Positions 59,839 through 64,000 of a DNA stretch of 64,000 nt are shown in pieces. The position numbers and the translations under genes are program-made. The stretch's first letter is position 1. Each line of letters starts with the position of its first letter. Source of the stretch: Dermatophilaceae bacterium (lineage in GTDB: Bacteria; Actinomycetota; Actinomycetes; Actinomycetales; Dermatophilaceae); assembly GCA_032229625.1 (NCBI GenBank), contig JAVTVZ010000063.1, positions 5,470 through 69,469 of the forward strand. Reading direction: 5' to 3'. Below the pieces are notes generated by a model. The model had not been told where the DNA came from. It was given only the letters and a program-made list of their open reading frames with translations, and ran no database searches.

Positions 59839-60231
59839 CGTCGTGTCCTGTTCTCGGGCGGCGGCGTGCTGCAGTTGCACCTGGTCGGCGCGGGGGTGGC
59901 GCTCGGCGGGCGTCGGCGGGCGGCGCTGCACGTCCGGGATCCAGGGGAGCGGATCGGTGACGTCCGCGGTGATCGCCGCCTCGGCGAGGATCGCGGCGAG
60001 GGTGCAGCTCGTCGGGGTGCCGGCCCGGTCGCAGGCCGCACACGATCTCTGGTGAGGCGGCGACGGGGTGCGCCCCGTGCCAGGTCTGCGGCGGGCATCG
60101 GTCGCGGCCGGCCCGCGCCACCGCTTCGCCGGCACCACCGCCATGCCGCACCACCGCCATGCCGGCACCTGGCTCGGGCGGGCTCAGTGGCCTGAGGGGG
60201 TGTCAGTCGACGCTGGTCAGATATAGTGATA

Positions 60232-60245
60232 CGAACATGTTTACG
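60232..60245 (+). promoter_or_regulatory. Degenerate LexA box candidate upstream of the DUF222-HNH gene
   Basis: CGAAC-ATGT-TTACG (one perfect half-site), 4 nt after a TATAGT -10 element. Confidence 0.45.
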
Positions 60246-60366
60246 GTAGACTGTGTGCAGATCCGCGAGGCGATCCGGATCTGTCGTGGTGCCGTCGAGC
60301 GACCGGTGAGGGGGTGCGTGATGCCACGCGACATGTCCGCGCGCCGGAGAGTGGCAGAAGGCGGGA

Positions 60367-62425
60367 GTGCCCGGCGCGGCTCTGTCGGCCGCGCGTCAGG
60401 GGGCGGGCTCGGTAGTCACGTCAGCGGCCGGCTCGGTGGTCACCGCGGGGACCGGTTCGGTGGCTACCGCAGTGACCGCACGGCGGCCCCGCGTGCGCGC
60501 CGGAGGCTCGCCGACTCGCGCTCGGCGCCGCGATGCCCGGCCTGCCTCGGTGCGGCGTCCGGCGAGTCGCGCGCGGCGCCGCTCCGATTCCCGGGTCGAG
60601 CGGAAGCTGGAGCGGATGATTCGGCGGGCGAGGGCCTGTGCGCCGCAGGGGATCACCTGGCCCGGCCTGCCCCCGCGTCGCGTGGCCGCTTCTCTGCCCG
60701 TTGTTTCGCCCACTTCCCTGCCCGTTGCCTCGCCTGCTTCCCTGTCCGATTCCCTGCCCGATTCCCTGGGGGCGTCCCGTGGCGGGACCGCGCCTGTCGG
60801 GATGCCCTGTGCCGCGCCCTTCGAGGTCGCCGTGGCCGCGCCGGTCGAGTGGGTCGCCGCGAGGCCGGCGCAGCGCCGGGCGGCGCTGCCGGCCGCGGAG
60901 GGCGAGCTCCGGGACGCCGCGCAGGGCGCGGGGGTCGGGCCGTGGTCGGTCGGTGCCCGACAGGCCGAGGTCGAGGCAGACGTCGAGCAGGGGGTACGCG
61001 CGCCTGCAGGCATTGACACTGCGGATCGCGCAGTTGGAGCTGGAGCGGGTCCAGGTACTGCGCGGCCTGGTGGCGCAGCAGGTCGAGGCAGACGTCGCCC
61101 AGCAAGCGCTGCGCGTCGCCGACGCGGACGAGCGCACCGGCCAGGTGGTGCGAGCGACGAGCTGCTCGCGGGAGCAGCTCGTGGCCGAGGCGGTCGTCGC
61201 GGTCACCGACACGGCGACCGTGCTGTGCAGCGGGTCGCGGCACCAGTGGGCGGCGCGGATTCGATTCGCGACCGCACCGGTCGAGGTGACACTGCCGGTG
61301 CGCCGGGCGGTGGCCGGCCAGGTCCTCACGTTCGAGCAGGGGTGCACGCTGGTGACCGACACCGACCTCGGCGTCGACCTGCCCGCCCCGGTCCGCGCGG
61401 ACCTCCTCCAGAGTGTCCTCGCGCATGCTCGGGCCCGGCTCGACGTCGGCGGGGCGCCGGTGTCCCAGCAGACGTTCCGCGCCCGGCTGCGCCGCGAGCT
61501 GCTCGCCCGCACCGACTCCCCGACCCGCCGCCGGCGCGCCCTGGACCGGCGCGGGGCCTGGGTCGACCTCGACGGCGACGGCGCAGGCACCCTGACCGTC
61601 AGCGGCGCCGACGCCCGCTGCCTCGGCGCCTACCGGCGCATCGACGCCATCGCCCGCGCCGTGCGCGCCGGCGGCGACGCCCGGACCCTGGCGCAGCTGC
61701 GCTCCGACGTCGCGCTCGACCTGCTCACCCACGGCGTCCCCACCGAGGACGCCGCGACCAGCGTCGACGCGCCCGCCGGCGGCGGGTGGCCCGCCGCTCG
61801 CGTGCACGTCGTCGTCTCCGCCGCCACCCTCCTCGGCGCGAGCGAGGCGCCCGGGACCGTCGAGGGCGAGCCCGTGGCCGCCGACACGGTCCGCGCGCTG
61901 GCCCTGACCGAAGGTTCCACCTGGCGGCGGATCGTCACCGACCCGACCACGGGGATCGCGATGAACGTGGCCGTCGACTCCTACCGGCCGCCGGCGGCAC
62001 TGGCTCGGGCGGTCACCGCCCGCGACGGGCAATGCCGCGCCCCCGGCTGCACCCGACCACCGTCGGCGGTCGACCTCGACCACGTCGTCGCGCGCCGCGA
62101 CGGCGGCCCCACCAGCGGCGACAACCTCCACGTCCTGTGCCGGCTGCACCACTCCAAGAAGAGCCGCCGCCACTGGCACGCACGACTCGACCCCGACGGC
62201 AGCGTCACCTGGACCCTGCCCGGCGGCACGCAGCACACGACCCTGCCGATGGACTACCGCGACCTCGACCCGCACCTCGCAGGGCAGCCGCCGGCCGGCG
62301 GCGACGCGACCGAGGCTCCGAGCGCGACCGAGGCTCCGAGCGCGACCGAGACTGCGGCTGTGCCCGAGCCCGGGCGCGTGCCCGTGAGCCGGCAGGAGCC
62401 GACCCCCGACGACCCACCGTTCTGA
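60367..62425 (+). pseudogene. DUF222 / HNH endonuclease (13E12-like) with an apparent +1 frameshift in a G5 run at 60990-60994
   Basis: C-part ..RTLAQLRSDVALDLL..RDGQCRAPGC..DLDHVV..GGPTSGDNL..LC.LHH (ORF ending 62425). The upstream frame reads ..EADVEQG and joins YARLQAL if one G is removed. Start uncertain. Confidence 0.7.
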
Positions 62426-62756
62426 TATCGCGCATCGGATCGATATTGCGCACGGACAACTCGCGACGGCACGTGGGCAGCCACACGCAAGCCGAGACGG
62501 CCAGGAAATCGAATATCGCATTGACCGTCTCGACATGCGATCGCGCACGGGCGCAATGCGAGAGTCGATGAACTGTGGGCCAACGACACCCCAACGGGAC
62601 CGGTGGCTCCGCGCTCGCAGGGCGCGCGAGCCGCAAGTGGGCGGGGCTCGCGGCGCGTCCGACCTGGTCCGTTGCGGCAGGATGGCCGTGAACACACACC
62701 CGTTCTGTGACTGGGCACCGACGTGCCCGGGCGCGTCTTCGGAAGGACTCAACGTC

Positions 62757-63719
62757 GTGAAGTATGTCGAGAACAAGGTCGTCCTGATCGGCACCGGGGC
62801 CGTGGGTATGGCGTATGCCTTCGCGGTTGTCAATCAGGGCATCTGCGACGAGCTCGTCCTCATCGACCTCGATGAATCGAAGTCCCGGGCCGACGTGCTC
62901 GACCTCAACCACGGTGAGGCCTGGGCGCCCAACCCGGTGTCGGTGTCGTTCGGCAGCTACGCCGACTGCCGCAACGCCGCGATGGTCGTCATCTGCGCCG
63001 GCATCGCCCAGAAGAAGGGGCAGACCCGCATCGACCTGCTCTCCACCAACGTCAAGGTCTTCCAGGCCATCGTCGGGCAGATCATGGAAAACGGCTTCGA
63101 CGGCATCATCCTCGTCGCCACCAACCCCGTCGACATCCTCACCTACGCGACGTGGAAGATCTCCGGCCTGCCCTCCAGCCAGGTCATCGGCTCCGGCACC
63201 TCCCTGGACACCGCCCGGCTGCGCTTCAACCTCGGCCAGTTCTTCGAGGTCGCCACGACCAACGTGCACGCGACGATCATCGGCGAGCACGGCGACACCG
63301 AGCTGCCCGTCTGGAGCGCCGCGACCGTCGCCGGACGCTCCCTGAGCAAGCGCCTGCGCGAGCACCCCGAGATCCGCGAGGACCTCGACGAGATCTTCGT
63401 CAAGACCCGAGACGCGGCCTACGACATCATCAGCGCGAAGGGCTCGACGAGCTACGGGGTCGGCATGGCCCTCGCCCGCATCACCCGCGCCATCATGTCC
63501 AACCAGAAGGTGACCCTGCCGGTCTCCGCGCTGCTGGAGGGCGAATACGGGCACGAGGACATCTACATCGGCGTGCCCGCGAGCATCGGCCGCCGTGGCA
63601 TCCGAGAGGTCCGCGAGCTCGACCTCGACGAGAGCGAGCAGGAGCAGTTCGACTCCAGCGTCGCCCACCTCAACGAGGCGATGGGCTCCGTCAACCTCCG
63701 CGAGCTCGGCAGCGTCTGA
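62757..63719 (+). CDS. ldh: L-lactate dehydrogenase
   Basis: [49 protein letters not shown] and KGSTSYG. Confidence 0.95.
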   Translation: MKYVENKVVLIGTGAVGMAYAFAVVNQGICDELVLIDLDESKSRADVLDLNHGEAWAPNPVSVSFGSYADCRNAAMVVICAGIAQKKGQTRIDLLSTNVKVFQAIVGQIMENGFDGIILVATNPVDILTYATWKISGLPSSQVIGSGTSLDTARLRFNLGQFFEVATTNVHATIIGEHGDTELPVWSAATVAGRSLSKRLREHPEIREDLDEIFVKTRDAAYDIISAKGSTSYGVGMALARITRAIMSNQKVTLPVSALLEGEYGHEDIYIGVPASIGRRGIREVRELDLDESEQEQFDSSVAHLNEAMGSVNLRELGSV

Positions 63720-63729
63720 CCCACACGCT

Positions 63730-63769
63730 CCATGGTGCCCCGGGGTCGTGGTCCCCGGGGCACCGTGGT
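63730..63769 (+). terminator. Hairpin after ldh
   Basis: ccatggtgccccgggg-tcgtggt-ccccgggggcaccgtgg, with one bulge and one G-U pair. Confidence 0.65.
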
Positions 63770-63841
63770 GTCCGCGGCCGGTGGTGTCCCCAGCGGATGG
63801 CGGTCACGGGCGGGTCATCGCACGAGAGGCACACTGGCCGG

Positions 63842-64000
63842 ATGACCAGGGCACACCACGCGCAGGGCCAGGATGCGACGACGCCGGAGGGGCTGCTCGC
63901 CGCGTATGACGCGCAGCTGCGCACCGACGCCGAGACCCCGAGCGCGGTCGACGTCACGCGACTGGGGCCGCTGCGGCTCGTGACGTTCGCCGGCGGCCGG
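63842..64000 (+). CDS. Probable GNAT-family acetyltransferase, 5' part (runs off the window edge)
   Basis: MTRAHH..LLAAYDAQLRTDAETPSAVDVTRLGPLRLVTFAGGR resembles the N-terminus of an actinobacterial GNAT family, recognised from memory. Confidence 0.55.
   Translation, partial: MTRAHHAQGQDATTPEGLLAAYDAQLRTDAETPSAVDVTRLGPLRLVTFAGGR

Noticed and set aside
60164-60181. Near-identical 17-mer shared with 61996-62012 inside the HNH gene
   Set aside because: It is short and GC-rich with an indel, so a chance match is likely.
60201-60227. PafBC (RecA-NDp) promoter: TGTCAG upstream of TATAGT
   Set aside because: The spacing is 15 nt rather than the 10 nt required by TGTCGG-N10-TANNNT.

Overview
This is a core-chromosome segment of a high-GC actinomycete. 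Micrococcales-like affinity is inferred from gene content and order only, and a chemoreceptor suggests a motile lineage. Three conserved actinobacterial blocks are present: (i) thrS-HIT-EF-G2-pgsA-patA-pimA-pdxS-pdxT-yebC-ruvCAB-secDF-apt-relA, (ii) DUF349-MBL hydrolase-hisS, and (iii) xerD-parA-scpAB-rluB-tyrA-cmk/der-tRNA-Pro(GGG). Accessory genes are interspersed: a secreted beta-propeller protein, a DUF3152 metallopeptidase, an ECF sigma factor with a propeller anti-sigma candidate, and a lidless Hsp70. A ~14.5 kb block after relA holds gabT, bioB, a GH36 alpha-galactosidase, a MINPP-type phytase, a PAP2 phosphatase, a polar amino-acid ABC transporter, a NIT-domain chemoreceptor and a frameshifted zwf. 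Further right are a truncated F420 LLM oxidoreductase, an LppP/LprE lipoprotein, an XRE/membrane pair, a frameshifted DUF222-HNH gene and ldh. Regulatory signals read directly from the sequence are LexA-like boxes before ruvC, ruvA and the HNH gene, a BioQ-type operator before bioB, tandem palindromic operators before the XRE gene, a perfect 50-bp palindrome and many short tandem duplications, three of them spanning stop codons. No CRISPR array, prophage or transposase was seen. No single clearly new multi-gene system is proven. The best candidates are an inositol-phosphate/galactoside scavenging cluster, the ECF-propeller pair, the orphan Hsp70 sharing a LexA-box intergenic region with ruvC, a possible tRNA-mimic thrS leader and a uORF in place of yajC. 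All family assignments come from motif recognition by eye, not database searches.
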